From an uncultured Chloroflexia bacterium (GTDB taxonomy: Bacteria; Chloroflexota; Dehalococcoidia; UBA2247; RBG-13-53-26): a stretch of 64,000 bases of DNA. Made by a program: the position numbers and the translations under genes. Within the stretch, counting starts at the first letter, position 1, and each line of letters starts with the position of its first letter. A model generated the notes under the pieces. That model was not told the origin of the DNA and made no database searches. It was given only the letters and a program-made list of their open reading frames with translations. The DNA lies in contig CAVRFM010000023.1 of assembly GCA_963720375.1 (NCBI GenBank), positions 18,179 through 82,178 on the forward strand, written 5' to 3'. Shown piece after piece: positions 28,101 through 40,132 of this stretch.

Positions 28101-30311
28101 TCATGAATACGAAGTGCGAGCTGCTGCTGCTTCTTCGACCAAGGTGGCAGGCAGTTCCTCAGGTCCGACAAGGTAGATTCTCCCCTTCCCTACTTTGGCA
28201 ATCCTTCTCATCAACTCCGGATCGGCGGATCGCTGGTTGATACAGACGCAGGAAATTGTAATACCTCGGCGAGCTACCCTGGCAGCTTGCCTGAGGGCGT
28301 ACTTCTGTGGGGATGGATGGGGTGCTGTCGCATCGCCATCGGATATGAGGATAATATGCTGCTTTGCTCTTCCCTTGGGGTGATGTTCCAGCAATTCACA
28401 GGCCTTCAGCAAACCATAGCCGATGTTGGTAAAAGCGTTCTCATGCAGCTCGAGTTCAATTACACGGCGAGTCACTCTGTGAGGGCTGGCGGTTAGATCG
28501 ACCACAATATCAGCCAGGTTGGAGAATGAGACCACTGCCACCCTGTCTTTATATGCAGTCGCGGCCAGTGAGAGAGCCATCGCGCTTTGCTTAGCGAACC
28601 AAAATTTCTCGAGTTGCAACATAGTGCCGGAGACATCGATCACCAAGACAATATCCATTCTGGTGCGGATGTCTTTGATATTGACGATGATATCTTCTCT
28701 GGTGATGTATTGTCTTCGGTGGCGGATTGCCTCTCTCATGGTATTTCTGAATGATATGTCGCGGTATTTGTCCCCGAAGCGATAGTGGCGCATTCCCACC
28801 ACTCTGCCCTCGCCCAAGCTCAACTTCTTACCCGAGCTGTGCTTCCCATATCCATATAGATAAGCTCCCTCGTCCAACCGTGGCGTCAACTTCTCCAATA
28901 GCATGTTAATGCCACGCTGGCTGAGCATCCAGCCGCTGCTGGTACGCTCCAGGATATCTTCCTTCTCCAGAAATTCAAGGGTTTTGGCCAGCGCTTGCTG
29001 CTCTATAAGCTTGGCTATCATTTCCTTTTCTTTTCTGTATTCTTCAACTTCCTTAAGCAACTCATCATCGAGATTATCGGCTTTGTATCGTTCCGGGTAG
29101 AGCTCTGGCAAGCGACAGGCAATCTCTCTGTATAGCTGGGCCAGTTTGGAGTCAGGGAATCGTTTGATTCTCCTTAGCAGTAGATCGAAGGAGCCATATT
29201 TCAGAGGTTTCCTGAACTTATCTTCCCGGACAATCTCCTCGATCAGGGCCAGAACATCATCTTTGGTCAGGGTAGCCAGCTGTTCCCTGGCTTCATGTTT
29301 GCCGGTTACCTTCTCGACAACTTCCTCAACAATTCGCTCTCTCTTCCCGGGCAGATCGACCTCCGGGGCCAGTTTAAGGCGGTGGGGCAGCGAGACTGCT
29401 GCTGCGACAGAAAGTCTTCTATCGGCGTCCTCGTATTCCTCCAATTCAGGGAAGTGGGCTAGAAGCTCAGCATTTCTAATCATGCCGCGCGTTCCTACTC
29501 CCCTTTCTACCTCGCTGTGTCTTCTCGTCTCGTTAACTATGCGAATTGCCTGCTCAAGAACTGGTTCGGCTAAGGTTTCTGTATCACGGCCGATGTGGGC
29601 AAGAACAATCCTCTTTTGCTTATCAAGATCGTCAACGTAGTCAAGGTGGATAACATCAAAGTTGTCCAGCAAGTCCAGTGGTAATGACTTTAATGCTCCC
29701 TCTCCGCCAGTGGCTACTACTAGGGTATCCAGTTTGATCTTTTGTTCCAACACACCAATGGTTATTGTTCCATCTTGGAGGGCATACATAACTACATTGA
29801 GCACTCGCTCAGGGATTCTATCGATGAAATCAATCAGCAATATGCCTCGATTAGCCCGTAACAGTTTTCCGGGCAGGAAAGCACGAGGAGAGTAAATACC
29901 TTCTTTAAAGGCTATTTCTGGATCAAGGTCTCCGATCAGATCTTCAACCGTTAACCCTCCGCTTCCTTGTATCTTCACCAATCTCCTGGCTGCAGGGAGG
30001 ATGGTGCTGTGAAGTATTTCACCTCGCTTTTTCCTGTCTATACACCAGGGGCAGGGATCATCTTTAGGAAAACAATGTAGGGGACAGCCTTCTACTACCT
30101 CAATATCATCCAGAATAACAGGTAGGCTGTTGGCTAAACTTGTTTTACCACTTCCGGGGGGGCCAAGAATAAGCAGGTGGTGTGCACTGCAGAGACTGCT
30201 TAGTAAGGCCAGCTTCTTCGCATCTTCTATTTGAAGATCATCAAAGACTGACCGGCTAAACTTGTCAGTGCCTATTCTGTCTAGGGTGGTAAGGATTTCT
30301 TCCAGAAGCAA
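28101..30311 (-). CDS. ChlD/BchD-like protein: AAA+ N-domain with Cys4 insertion + C-terminal VWA domain
   Basis: GPPGSGKTS Walker A. CPLHCFPKDDPCPWC insertion. C-terminal VLVIDVSGTM...ILISDGDATAP is a VWA domain with a MIDAS motif. 736 aa. Confidence 0.7.
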   Translation of the reverse strand: MLLEEILTTLDRIGTDKFSRSVFDDLQIEDAKKLALLSSLCSAHHLLILGPPGSGKTSLANSLPVILDDIEVVEGCPLHCFPKDDPCPWCIDRKKRGEILHSTILPAARRLVKIQGSGGLTVEDLIGDLDPEIAFKEGIYSPRAFLPGKLLRANRGILLIDFIDRIPERVLNVVMYALQDGTITIGVLEQKIKLDTLVVATGGEGALKSLPLDLLDNFDVIHLDYVDDLDKQKRIVLAHIGRDTETLAEPVLEQAIRIVNETRRHSEVERGVGTRGMIRNAELLAHFPELEEYEDADRRLSVAAAVSLPHRLKLAPEVDLPGKRERIVEEVVEKVTGKHEAREQLATLTKDDVLALIEEIVREDKFRKPLKYGSFDLLLRRIKRFPDSKLAQLYREIACRLPELYPERYKADNLDDELLKEVEEYRKEKEMIAKLIEQQALAKTLEFLEKEDILERTSSGWMLSQRGINMLLEKLTPRLDEGAYLYGYGKHSSGKKLSLGEGRVVGMRHYRFGDKYRDISFRNTMREAIRHRRQYITREDIIVNIKDIRTRMDIVLVIDVSGTMLQLEKFWFAKQSAMALSLAATAYKDRVAVVSFSNLADIVVDLTASPHRVTRRVIELELHENAFTNIGYGLLKACELLEHHPKGRAKQHIILISDGDATAPHPSPQKYALRQAARVARRGITISCVCINQRSADPELMRRIAKVGKGRIYLVGPEELPATLVEEAAAARTSYS

Positions 30312-30329
30312 TTTGTATATCGTCCGACT

Positions 30330-31091
30330 TCAACTGTAGCTCAGTATCTTCTTGCAGATTTCATCTATCGCAATGGATGCTGGAGAGTCTTTTGGAATCT
30401 CGCTCACAGGTTTGCCTTCGCCATCAAACTGTGCCACTAGCGGTTCGAAGGGGATATAGGCTGCTATCTCGAGACCGTTTTCCTTGGCCAACTCGTCTAC
30501 TCGAGACCTGTTTTCCTCCGTCACTCTGTTGGCCACTATCAGGATGGCGCCAAACTCGATATTGAGCTCTCTTGATATCTCCACAATTCTCTTAGCAGTT
30601 TGAATGGCATTTTTTGTAGGATCGGTAACCACCAGCATGATGTCAACATCCCGGGTAGTGCGCCGGCTAAGGTGCTCCAGCCCTGCGTGACAGTCGATTA
30701 TAGTGAAATCATAACCCCTTGCTCTAGTGTCTATTACCTGTCGGATGACGTGGTTGACGGCGCAGTAGCATCCCTCACCCTCCGAACGCCCCATTACGAG
30801 TATGTCGAATTGAGGGAACTCCTCAATAGCTTCGTGGAGGGCCAACTCCAGATGTTCTTGTTTAGAATTTGTCACCTTGCTACGAGCTGGTGCGTTTATA
30901 ATTGCCTCCCGGCTCTCTCCTACATTCTTGGTCACTGTCACACCAAGGGCTTGGGGGAGGTTGGAATCCGGGTCGGCATCAATTGCCAGTACACTACCGT
31001 GCTCCGATAACTTCTTTACCAGCATGCCTGACACAAAGGTCTTCCCTACTCCGCCCTTTCCGGAGACCGCAATAGCAAGTCCTCTGCTCAT
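30330..31091 (-). CDS. cooC: CooC-type Ni-insertion ATPase (MinD/ParA family)
   Basis: Deviant Walker A AVSGKGGVGKT. GCYCAVN CxC Ni-binding motif characteristic of CooC/AcsF. Confidence 0.75.
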   Translation of the reverse strand: MSRGLAIAVSGKGGVGKTFVSGMLVKKLSEHGSVLAIDADPDSNLPQALGVTVTKNVGESREAIINAPARSKVTNSKQEHLELALHEAIEEFPQFDILVMGRSEGEGCYCAVNHVIRQVIDTRARGYDFTIIDCHAGLEHLSRRTTRDVDIMLVVTDPTKNAIQTAKRIVEISRELNIEFGAILIVANRVTEENRSRVDELAKENGLEIAAYIPFEPLVAQFDGEGKPVSEIPKDSPASIAIDEICKKILSYS

Positions 31092-32128
31092 GAGTACTTC
31101 CCTTCCAGAACGCTATTTACCAGTTCATTAATCAAATTCATGGGGTCATCGTAGAACTTGGACTCAGGCGATGGCTTGATTCTGCTACCAAGAGAGGAAG
31201 CGGCCATATTTCGTATATCATCCATATTTGCTTCAGATCGGTTTTCCAGCTTTGCCACAGCCTGTACCTTCTCATAAAGCGAAAGTGTAGCTCTTACACT
31301 GGCGGCTTGATCCATCTCCTTCGACCAAGGCTCTTCACGTGTAGCTCGTACCAGGGCAACCACGGCATCAAGTACTTTATCCGGCACTCTTACGTTATCA
31401 ATCCTGAGGCCATATCGGACTACTATCTCCTTCTCTTTTTGCAGAGATTCAGGATAGCCCATCTTGACTACATCAAATCTATCGAGAAGGACATCGGAAA
31501 GCTCCTCGACCCCAGCCCGTTCTCTCGGATTCATGGTAGCTATCATCACAAAATCAGCCGGGTAGTCTACGTCGTAAGGCCCTATCGTCGCGATGCCCTC
31601 TTCAAGGACCTCTAATAGAGCATTTTGAAGTTTCTCTGTAACCCTGTTAAGTTCATCGAAGAAAACGATCCCTCGATTGCCTTTGAGCAATTTCCCCGGC
31701 AAGAATGCTCGGTAGTCCTGGGGACCATACTTGAAAGCCTGTGTTGGATCGATATCTCCCAAGAGGTCCTCAGCCGTAAGGTCAGGAGAACCCTGCAACC
31801 TGACGAACCTTTGCTCACCAGGAATTATAGTGGACTCCAGTTTCTCACCAGTGGAAGCCTTTGCCTTGCACTGTGGGCAGACAGGCTGTTCCGGGTGGCA
31901 ATGGTAAGGACAACCCTTCACCACCTTTATAGGAGGCAAAGCTGCCGCTATGTGCTTGGCGAGAGTAGTCTTGCCAACTCCAGGCGGTCCCTCAATCAGC
32001 ACGTGATGGCCAGCCAGCAATGACGCAAGGATCCTTTTCTTGGCATCATCCTGGCCCACAATGACTGAAAGCATGTCATTCCCATCGGTCGCAGATTTCA
32101 GGATCGTTTCTCTTAGTCCCTCAATCAT
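31088..32128 (-). CDS. ChlI/BchI-like AAA+ ATPase with Cys4 zinc-ribbon insertion
   Basis: VIVGQDDAKKRILASLL + GPPGVGKTT + LPPIKVV matches the magnesium-chelatase I-subunit N-terminal pattern. CPYHCHPEQPVCPQC is inserted after it. 4-nt overlap with cooC. Confidence 0.7.
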   Translation of the reverse strand: MIEGLRETILKSATDGNDMLSVIVGQDDAKKRILASLLAGHHVLIEGPPGVGKTTLAKHIAAALPPIKVVKGCPYHCHPEQPVCPQCKAKASTGEKLESTIIPGEQRFVRLQGSPDLTAEDLLGDIDPTQAFKYGPQDYRAFLPGKLLKGNRGIVFFDELNRVTEKLQNALLEVLEEGIATIGPYDVDYPADFVMIATMNPRERAGVEELSDVLLDRFDVVKMGYPESLQKEKEIVVRYGLRIDNVRVPDKVLDAVVALVRATREEPWSKEMDQAASVRATLSLYEKVQAVAKLENRSEANMDDIRNMAASSLGSRIKPSPESKFYDDPMNLINELVNSVLEGKYS

Positions 32129-32192
32129 CTCTCCTCCTAATTAAGAAGTATACTATACAATCTCGATCCGAACCAATCTCAGGGGTGATTGA

Positions 32193-33131
32193 TTGCAGGG
32201 GCGGTTGCTGGGTATCAGGAGGCTTCTCTGGGTCAGTGAAGGAACTGAATATTGGTGTTTTGACGCTGCAGATAGTGATTGTTATAATGGCCTCGTGGCA
32301 CGAACAAATGGGGTTCCCGCTAAGATGCTGACGGTAGGTGAAGTCAACAGTACTTTTGCTGAAAAGGGAGTGGATATTAAGCTGCCGTTGCCCACTCACT
32401 TTTTGGTAAAGAATCTGCAGGTTCTTGAGAGAAGGAAAGTCCCGGGTGGGGTGGGGCTACTTTTGAGCGTAGAGTTCATAAATGATAATGGGGAGGAAGT
32501 TACCGATCTGTTTCACTGTGAAGGAGGGGTAAAGGTAGAGGGTAGAAAGAAGACTGAAACAGCAGAGATCCAGCAGCCACCCCTGACAGACCTGCTGCCC
32601 CTGCGCTCGAAAGAGGAATTTGAGAGCGATGACGAGGTGAAGTCTTATTTGAAAGAAGCTATCAGTCACCTGCTGCAGGATAAGGGGTACCGGCTTGGTG
32701 AGCGCGGCGATGTTGATTTGTATTTTGAGCGGCAGGAGCAGGGGTTCTTTATTAGTCTGGCAGTACGGTGTGACGAGTCACTCCTTGAAAAGGCGAAGAG
32801 CTTAGTAGAACTAAGGCAGAGGTATGGTGTTGATAATGAGTATGGCCTTATAGTCCCAGCCTTTCAGGATTCTCTGGGGGTTCCGCTTCTAAGTCAGGAG
32901 CGCTGGATATTGAGAAACCAGGAGTTCCTGACAATAAATCGGATCGGGGTCTATGCTGTTGATAATTGGAATCCAAATCTGCTCTATGCTTTTACTATTC
33001 ACCCTTCCCCAAGAGATCTCAAGAAATACTTCATGACTACGGGACCTAAGTGGTCTCTGGTTCGTAGCCGCTATGTTCTGGGCAGATCTAAGAAGAAGGC
33101 GGCTGGTCTTGAGTCTCCATCGGATGGTTAG
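32193..33131 (+). CDS. hypothetical protein (true start probably internal, about 32325)
   Basis: Long ORF, no recognisable motif. Confidence 0.35.
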   Translation: MQGRLLGIRRLLWVSEGTEYWCFDAADSDCYNGLVARTNGVPAKMLTVGEVNSTFAEKGVDIKLPLPTHFLVKNLQVLERRKVPGGVGLLLSVEFINDNGEEVTDLFHCEGGVKVEGRKKTETAEIQQPPLTDLLPLRSKEEFESDDEVKSYLKEAISHLLQDKGYRLGERGDVDLYFERQEQGFFISLAVRCDESLLEKAKSLVELRQRYGVDNEYGLIVPAFQDSLGVPLLSQERWILRNQEFLTINRIGVYAVDNWNPNLLYAFTIHPSPRDLKKYFMTTGPKWSLVRSRYVLGRSKKKAAGLESPSDG

Positions 33132-33291
33132 GGACAAAGGCAGTATGACCTGTGGTAAAATGAAGTGGGAGCCTGTTAAGGATCGGTAGCAACAGTTATT
33201 AACCTTTGTTGCTCGCCCCTGCAGCAAAACCAGACGGAAACAGGATCTTATATTTCTTCCCTAAAATAATCTAAGGAGTATTCTCAGAAGC

Positions 33292-35718
33292 ATGACATCT
33301 ATGAAACCAGAGAGGTTAACGGAGCAAGCCCAGCAGGCGATAGCTGCTTCACAGGAGCTTGTCAGGCGCTATCGGCACAGCCAGTGGGATGTTGAGCATG
33401 TGTTGTTAGCCCTATTGGAGCAAGAGGATAGCCTGACAGCCAAGATAATGAAGGAGCTTGGGGTGGATGATGGGGTAGTGAAGCAGCAGGTAGAATTGGT
33501 TTTGGAGAAGGCACCAAAGGTTACTTATGAAGGTGCTCAAATCTATGCAACCCCGCGCATTCCTCGTCTTCTTGAGTCCGCTGCATCTGAGGCAGACAGG
33601 CTGAAGGATGAATTCGTCGGCATTGAGCATCTTCTTATTGCTATAGCCATGGAGCCGAATGGGGAAGCAGCGCGTATTCTCAGGTCGGCAGGTGTGGATC
33701 AGGAGGGTATTTATCGGGCTCTGCGCAATGTGCGGGGAAGCCATAGAGTTACTGATAGAAGAGCTGAAAGCAAGTACCGTAGCCTGGAGAAATACGGACG
33801 TGATCTGACGGAGATGGCGAGGCAGAGCAAGATAGACCCTGTGATCGGTAGGGAGGACGAGATTCGCCGGGTCACGCAGATCCTATCTCGGCGCACTAAG
33901 AATAACCCCATAATCATTGGTGAAGCTGGAGTAGGTAAAACTGCTATCGCTGAAGGTCTGGCTCAGAAGATTGTTGCTGAGGATGTTCCTGATTCATTGA
34001 AAAACAAGAGGATGATTGCCTTGGACATGACCTCTCTGGTGGCTGGCAGCAAGTTTAGAGGTGAGTTTGAAGACAGGCTTAAAGCTGTGATTGACGAAGT
34101 ACGCCAATCCAACGGAGAGATTATCCTTTTCATTGACGAATTTCACACTGTGGTTGGTGCTGGAGCGGCTGAGGGGGCTATAGATGCCAGTAACATACTC
34201 AAACCGGCTCTTGCCAGAGGGGAGCTTCAGTGTATAGGAGCCACTACCCTGAATGAGTATCGGGAGCATATTGAAAAGGACAAGGCTTTAGAGAGGAGGC
34301 TTCAGCCTGTATTTATCGAACAACCTAGTGTTGAAGCTACGGTAGAGATGCTTCGGGGGCTTCGACCCAGATATGAGGCGCATCATAAGATTGAGATTGC
34401 TGATTCAGCCCTTATCGCTGCTGCCAAGTTATCGCACAGGTATATCACTGATCGATTCTTGCCTGACAAAGCTATTGACCTTATCGATGAGGCAGCCAGC
34501 AAACTTCGCATTGATCTGGAGAGTGCGCCACCACCGGTAAAGAAACTGGAGCAGGAACTCAAGCACTTGACCAACGAGGAAGAGGCGGCATCGCAACGGC
34601 GTGACTATCAGCGTGCTGCTGAGCTTAAGTCACAAATGTTGCGACTCGAGGAAGAGTACAAAGAGGCCAAGAATGAATGGCTTCAGAGCAGGAAGATTGA
34701 CCGTGTCGTGGATGAGAGTGACATTGCTGAACTCGTTTCTAAATGGACCGGAATACCGCTTTCTCGCATGCTGGAGAGCGAGTCAAAGAAGCTAGTCCAT
34801 ATGGAGGAAGAGATCCATAAAAGGATCATCAATCAGGAAAGAGCTGTGGCAGCTGTTTCAGAAGCCATTCGGCGGGCTAGAGCCGGACTAAAAGACCCGA
34901 AGAGACCTATTGGCAGCTTTATCTTTCTCGGCCCTACAGGGGTGGGTAAGACAGAATTGGCCCGTGCTTTGGCGGAGTTTCTATTTGATGATGAAAATGC
35001 TTTGGTACGCCTGGATATGTCAGAGTACATGGAGAAACATACTGTCTCGAGGCTTATTGGTGCTCCACCGGGGTACGTTGGGTATGATGAGGGAGGACAA
35101 CTCACTGAATTGGTACGTCGTCGTCCATTCAGGGTTATTCTTTTTGATGAGATTGAAAAAGCTCACCCAGACGTATTCAATATAATGTTGCAGATTCTGG
35201 AAGATGGGCGATTGACTGATGGACATGGCCGAGTTGTGGATTTCAAGAATGTTGTAGTCATAATGACCAGCAACTTGGGCACACAAGAAATACAGCGTCA
35301 GAGGATTGGCTTTCGTCTGGAGAAAGAGCTTGATCAGGAACGGTTACGGCAGACAATCAGCACTGCTCTGAAGCAGACATTCCGGCCTGAACTCCTTAAC
35401 AGGATAGACGAAATAATTATCTTTGATTCACTGACTGAGCAGCATCTTCATCAAATCATTGAGCTGCTGCTAAAGGAAGTGCAGAAACGGCTTTCTGAGC
35501 ACAGGATAACAGTCGAGTTGAGTGAATCTGCTAAGGCGTGGCTTATTAAGGAAGGCTATGACCCTGTTTATGGTGCAAGACCATTGCGGCGGGCAATTCA
35601 GCATCATGTAGAGAATCCGCTTTCTAAAAGAATCCTGGATGGTGAATTTGTGGAGGGGGATGTTGTCTTAGTTGACTCTGTGCCTGATGGGTTGACGATT
35701 ACGAAGAAAAGTAGTTGA
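33292..35718 (+). CDS. clpC: ATP-dependent Clp protease ATP-binding subunit ClpC (class I Hsp100)
   Basis: Two AAA modules (GEAGVGKT; GPTGVGKT). Short M-domain. RIGFR ClpP-docking loop. 808 aa. Confidence 0.8.
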   Translation: MTSMKPERLTEQAQQAIAASQELVRRYRHSQWDVEHVLLALLEQEDSLTAKIMKELGVDDGVVKQQVELVLEKAPKVTYEGAQIYATPRIPRLLESAASEADRLKDEFVGIEHLLIAIAMEPNGEAARILRSAGVDQEGIYRALRNVRGSHRVTDRRAESKYRSLEKYGRDLTEMARQSKIDPVIGREDEIRRVTQILSRRTKNNPIIIGEAGVGKTAIAEGLAQKIVAEDVPDSLKNKRMIALDMTSLVAGSKFRGEFEDRLKAVIDEVRQSNGEIILFIDEFHTVVGAGAAEGAIDASNILKPALARGELQCIGATTLNEYREHIEKDKALERRLQPVFIEQPSVEATVEMLRGLRPRYEAHHKIEIADSALIAAAKLSHRYITDRFLPDKAIDLIDEAASKLRIDLESAPPPVKKLEQELKHLTNEEEAASQRRDYQRAAELKSQMLRLEEEYKEAKNEWLQSRKIDRVVDESDIAELVSKWTGIPLSRMLESESKKLVHMEEEIHKRIINQERAVAAVSEAIRRARAGLKDPKRPIGSFIFLGPTGVGKTELARALAEFLFDDENALVRLDMSEYMEKHTVSRLIGAPPGYVGYDEGGQLTELVRRRPFRVILFDEIEKAHPDVFNIMLQILEDGRLTDGHGRVVDFKNVVVIMTSNLGTQEIQRQRIGFRLEKELDQERLRQTISTALKQTFRPELLNRIDEIIIFDSLTEQHLHQIIELLLKEVQKRLSEHRITVELSESAKAWLIKEGYDPVYGARPLRRAIQHHVENPLSKRILDGEFVEGDVVLVDSVPDGLTITKKSS

Positions 35719-35724
35719 CGATCG

Positions 35725-36168
35725 ATGAGGGTATTGCTGCAGCGGGTGACCCAGGCCTCTGTTAGTATTGATGGAGAAGAAGTAGCCCGGATCGGCAAGG
35801 GACTGGTGTGCCTGGTGGGTGTAGCTCAGGGAGACACGGAAAGCGATGCACGATTCTTGGCCGAGAAGGCAGCCAACCTCCGTATATTCTCAGACGAGGC
35901 AGGCAAATTCAATCTCTCACTGGTGGATGTCAATGGAGAACTGTTAGCGGTGAGCCAATTCACACTACTGGCTGATGCTCGCAAAGGTCGACGACCCAGC
36001 TTCACTCAGGCAGCATTGCCAGTTGAGGCTGAAGCTCTATTCAACAAGTTTGTGGAACTGGCGAGGGCTACGGGCCTGAGAACGGAGACAGGGCGATTCC
36101 AGAAGCACATGCTGGTGGAAATCTACAATGACGGCCCAGTTACCGTTCTCCTAGATAGCAAGCTGTGA
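35725..36168 (+). CDS. dtd: D-aminoacyl-tRNA deacylase
   Basis: MRVLLQRV...SQFTL pattern and 147-aa size match Dtd. Confidence 0.8.
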   Translation: MRVLLQRVTQASVSIDGEEVARIGKGLVCLVGVAQGDTESDARFLAEKAANLRIFSDEAGKFNLSLVDVNGELLAVSQFTLLADARKGRRPSFTQAALPVEAEALFNKFVELARATGLRTETGRFQKHMLVEIYNDGPVTVLLDSKL

Positions 36169-36185
36169 GAAGCTATCAAGTTATG

Positions 36186-39100
36186 CTAGTTTGATTCCTT
36201 TGATTCCTCTGAAATATCCCCTGTGGCAGCAGCCTGTAACTGGGGCTCAGCCTGGCCCTCAAGTTCTTCTGGCTTGCTTACCACTTCTTCTAGGATGACT
36301 TCTTCCTGCTTAATGAGCTGACCTTGTAAGGCCTGTAAGTCTTCCGGTTTGAGACAGCGAGCGGGGATGAGTCTCCCTATAATCACATTCTCCTTAAGCC
36401 CCAGGAGTCTATCCACCTTTCCGTTTATGGCTGCCTCTGTGAGTACTCGAGTGGTCTCCTGGAAAGAAGCTGCAGCCAGCCAGCTATCCGAATTGAGGGC
36501 AGCCTTTGTTATCCCTAAGAGGGCAGTCTGAGCTGTGGCTGGTTCGCCTGCTTCAGCTACCACTCTAGCATTGATATCCTCAAAGGCGAAGCGATCTACC
36601 AGGTCTCCGGGAAGTAATTCGGTATCACCAGGGGAATCGACCCTTACCTTTTGCAGCATTCGGCGGCCTATAATCTCGATATGCCTATCGTTGATGGTAA
36701 CTCCTTGAGAGCGATAGACTTTCTGTATTTCGTCCACAAGATATCGCTGCACAGCTTCACGTCCTTTGATACGCAGGATGTCCTGGGGATTAGCATGGCC
36801 GTCAGTAAGTTGGTCACCGGCCTTCACATGAGAACCATTTACTATTCTAATATTTGATGTAAAAGGAATGATGTATTCTTCCTCTTCCTTTTCCTCATAG
36901 CTGATGATGAGGTTGTCGCCTTCAATGTTTACCTTGCCACTCACAGGAGCTAACAGGAGGGGGACTGGTGACGACACATCTGCTTCTTCTTCAGCCGAGG
37001 CTGTTGAGGATTGCTTGGCTAAAACTGTTCCTACATCTACCCATTCACCATCGCTGACCTGCGGTTCTGTGCCGGGGGGCAGAGGGTATTCGTTACGATA
37101 TAACTCAGAGTTAGTAATCCTTATTTTGTAACCTTCTTCGGTGGGTAATACCTCTGCCACACCGTCAATTTCGGAAAGGATGGCTTGCCCTTTTGGTATT
37201 CTTGATTCAAAGAGTTCTTCTACTCGTGGCAATCCGGTGGTGATATCCAAACCCAATACGCCGCCGGTGTGGAAGGTACGGAGTGTTAGCTGTGTTCCTG
37301 GCTCCCCGATACTCTGGGCGGCGATAATGCCGACTGTGGTACCCTCCTCTGCCAAGCGACCTTTGGAGAGGTCATTACCGTAGCAGGACTGGCAGATGCC
37401 GACCCTTGCCTGACAGCTAAGTGGCGACCTGGCGTAGACCTGACTTATTCCTGCTGAGACAATCTGCTTTGCCTTCTCCTCGGTTATTTCCTCGTTTCGA
37501 TCTACGATAACCTTACCGTCAGAGGGGTCAGTTACTGCAGCTGCGGCCAAGCGTCCTACTATGCGCTCAGAAAGATGAGGCAGAAAACTGTCTTTGGACT
37601 CTGTGCACCAAATACCAGAAGTTGTGCCACAATCCTTCTCAGTAATGATGACATCTTGAACAATGTCTACAAGGCGTCTGGTAAGGTAGCCCGCATCTGA
37701 GGTTCTCAAGGCAGTATCTGCCAGTCCCTTACGGGCGCCATGCGTAGAGATAAAGTACTCCAAGACGGAAAGTCCTTCGTTGAAGCTGGACCTGATGGGG
37801 AAGTCTATAATCTTACCCGAAGGATCTGTCATCAAGCCGCGCATGCCTGCCATTTGCCTTATCTGAGACATGTTTCCTTTTGCTCCAGAGGTTGCCATCA
37901 TGTAGACCCCCCCGTAGCGATCCAATGATTGTGAGACAAGGTCGGTGATTTTATCAGTAGTCTCTGTCCACAGGTCCACTGTGCTGCTATACCGTTCCTC
38001 ATCAGTGATTAGTCCCCGATAGTGCTGGTCTTCTATTTGAGCAATGACCTTTTCTGCCTCCCGGAGAACCTGAGGTTTTTCTTGTGGGACTTTTACATCG
38101 TTAATACTGATGGTGGTACCCGATTTGGTGGCATATCTGAATCCCAAATTCTTGATATTGTCAGCCATAATAGCGGCATCTACATTGCCCACTAATTTGA
38201 TGCAGTCTGCGATAAGCCGCTTCAGACGTGTCTTGTCTACTGTTTCGTTAATGAACCCAACTTCTTTGGGCATGATGCTGTTAAAGATAATACGTCCCAC
38301 GGTTGTCTTAATACGCTTATTCTGATCATCATCATGCATCCGTACTTCGATCTCTGCACCCAAGTCAACGATGTCCAGGTTGTAGGCCAACTCCGCTTCA
38401 CTGAAGCTGCCGAAAGATTTTCCTTCCCCTTTAGCCCCTGGCTTGGGGGATGTCAGGTAATAGCAACCAAGGACCATGTCAAGAGTCGGTGCTACTGCAG
38501 GTTCTCCGTTGCTAGGCAAGATCATGTTGTGGATACTGAGCATTGCTTTTCTGGCCTCCATGACTGCAGCCCTGGATAGGGGAACATGCACAGCCATTTG
38601 GTCTCCATCGAAGTCTGCATTAAAGGCAGTGCACACCAGAGGATGAAGTTGAATAGCACTGCCTTCGATTAACACAGGCTCAAATGCCTGAATGCTAAGT
38701 CGGTGCAATGTTGGGGCTCGGTTGAGCAAAACCGGCCTTTCTTTAACGACTTCCTCCAAGATACTCCAGATTTCTGGTCTTGCTCTCTCTACCATTCTCT
38801 TTGCACTCTTGATGTTGGTAGCAAGACCCTGTTGTACCAGGCGAAACATGAGGAATGGTTTGAAGAGTTCCATGGCCATGCGCTTGGGCAATCCACATTG
38901 ATGAAGCCCCAGTTCAGGACCCACTATTATTACTGAGCGCCCGCTGTAATCGACTCTCTTGCCCAGAAGATTCTGGCGGAAACGTCCCTGTTTGCCTCGA
39001 AGTACATCTGATCGTGACTGCAAAGGTCGGTTGCCTGCGCCAGTAATAGCCCTTCTTTGTCTCCCATTGTCAATAAGAGAATCCACTGCCTCTTGCAGCA

Positions 39101-40085
39101 TCCTTTTTTCGTTGTGGATAATTATCTCGGGGGCACCTACGTCCAGCAGCCTTCGAAGGCGATTATTCCGGTTGATTACCCTTCGATAAAGATCATTGAG
39201 ATCGCTGGTAGCAAATCGTCTCCCATCTAGCTGTACTATGGGCCGTAAGTCAGGGGGCAGAACGGGGAGGATGGTCAAAATCATCCATTCGGGCTTATTG
39301 CCGCTGCGACGGAAAGCTTCAACTACCTGTAATCTCTTAATGGCTTTCTTCCGTCGTTGTCCTGAGGCAGATATTATTTCCTGATGTAAGGCTGTATGTA
39401 GTTCTTCCAGATGAAGCTTGCGGAGGATAGTCAGGATAGCTTGAGCACCTGAATCTGCTTCGAAGAAGTTGCCATGTTTCCTTTTAAGTTCGCGGTATTT
39501 GCCATCCGTTAGCAGTTTCAGAGGACGCAAATCCTCTATCTCTTCAATCTTTTCCTCGATTTCCTTCTCTAACCGAATCCGCTCCTCGACATTGACATCT
39601 TCCTTTTGGGATATCTGCTGTCGCTCTTCCTGTAGTTGCTGGATCAGTCTTTGTTTTGGCTCTTCGTCTACACTGGTTATGATGTACTGGGCAAAGTAGA
39701 TGATACGCTCTAGACTGCGTGGTGAAAGGTCAAGGAGTAATCCTATTCTGCTCGGTATTCCTTTCACAAACCAGCTGTGAGCCACCGGGGCGGCTAATTC
39801 TATATGCCCCATGCGCTCCCGGCGCACCTTGGAGAGAGTAACCTCTACGCCGCAGCGGTCACAGCGGATACCCTTATAGCGTACCTTCTTATATTTCCCG
39901 CAGTAGCATTCGAAGTCCTTGGTGGGTCCAAAGATCCTTTCGCAAAAAAGGCCGTCTCTCTCTGGTTTCAGACTACGGTAATTTATAGTCTCCGGCTTTG
40001 TTACCTCACCCCAGGACCAGCTTTTGATCTGCTCTGGTGAGGCAAGAGAGATTCGTATTCCGCTAAGGCTATCGGCACTAAACAA
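36186..40085 (-). CDS. rpoC: DNA-directed RNA polymerase subunit beta'
   Basis: 1299 aa. N-terminal Zn-binding CYCGKY...CDRCGV. Universally conserved NADFDGD active-site motif. Confidence 0.95.
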   Translation of the reverse strand: MFSADSLSGIRISLASPEQIKSWSWGEVTKPETINYRSLKPERDGLFCERIFGPTKDFECYCGKYKKVRYKGIRCDRCGVEVTLSKVRRERMGHIELAAPVAHSWFVKGIPSRIGLLLDLSPRSLERIIYFAQYIITSVDEEPKQRLIQQLQEERQQISQKEDVNVEERIRLEKEIEEKIEEIEDLRPLKLLTDGKYRELKRKHGNFFEADSGAQAILTILRKLHLEELHTALHQEIISASGQRRKKAIKRLQVVEAFRRSGNKPEWMILTILPVLPPDLRPIVQLDGRRFATSDLNDLYRRVINRNNRLRRLLDVGAPEIIIHNEKRMLQEAVDSLIDNGRQRRAITGAGNRPLQSRSDVLRGKQGRFRQNLLGKRVDYSGRSVIIVGPELGLHQCGLPKRMAMELFKPFLMFRLVQQGLATNIKSAKRMVERARPEIWSILEEVVKERPVLLNRAPTLHRLSIQAFEPVLIEGSAIQLHPLVCTAFNADFDGDQMAVHVPLSRAAVMEARKAMLSIHNMILPSNGEPAVAPTLDMVLGCYYLTSPKPGAKGEGKSFGSFSEAELAYNLDIVDLGAEIEVRMHDDDQNKRIKTTVGRIIFNSIMPKEVGFINETVDKTRLKRLIADCIKLVGNVDAAIMADNIKNLGFRYATKSGTTISINDVKVPQEKPQVLREAEKVIAQIEDQHYRGLITDEERYSSTVDLWTETTDKITDLVSQSLDRYGGVYMMATSGAKGNMSQIRQMAGMRGLMTDPSGKIIDFPIRSSFNEGLSVLEYFISTHGARKGLADTALRTSDAGYLTRRLVDIVQDVIITEKDCGTTSGIWCTESKDSFLPHLSERIVGRLAAAAVTDPSDGKVIVDRNEEITEEKAKQIVSAGISQVYARSPLSCQARVGICQSCYGNDLSKGRLAEEGTTVGIIAAQSIGEPGTQLTLRTFHTGGVLGLDITTGLPRVEELFESRIPKGQAILSEIDGVAEVLPTEEGYKIRITNSELYRNEYPLPPGTEPQVSDGEWVDVGTVLAKQSSTASAEEEADVSSPVPLLLAPVSGKVNIEGDNLIISYEEKEEEEYIIPFTSNIRIVNGSHVKAGDQLTDGHANPQDILRIKGREAVQRYLVDEIQKVYRSQGVTINDRHIEIIGRRMLQKVRVDSPGDTELLPGDLVDRFAFEDINARVVAEAGEPATAQTALLGITKAALNSDSWLAAASFQETTRVLTEAAINGKVDRLLGLKENVIIGRLIPARCLKPEDLQALQGQLIKQEEVILEEVVSKPEELEGQAEPQLQAAATGDISEESKESN

Positions 40086-40132
40086 AGCGTTGCCTCCTTG
40101 GAAATGCAGTTTCCATTATGCTTATGCTGTGG

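Noticed and set aside
29146-29640. Ser-rich 164-aa plus-strand ORF inside the ChlD-like gene
   Set aside because: Low-complexity antisense frame. The minus-strand product has Walker A and VWA motifs.
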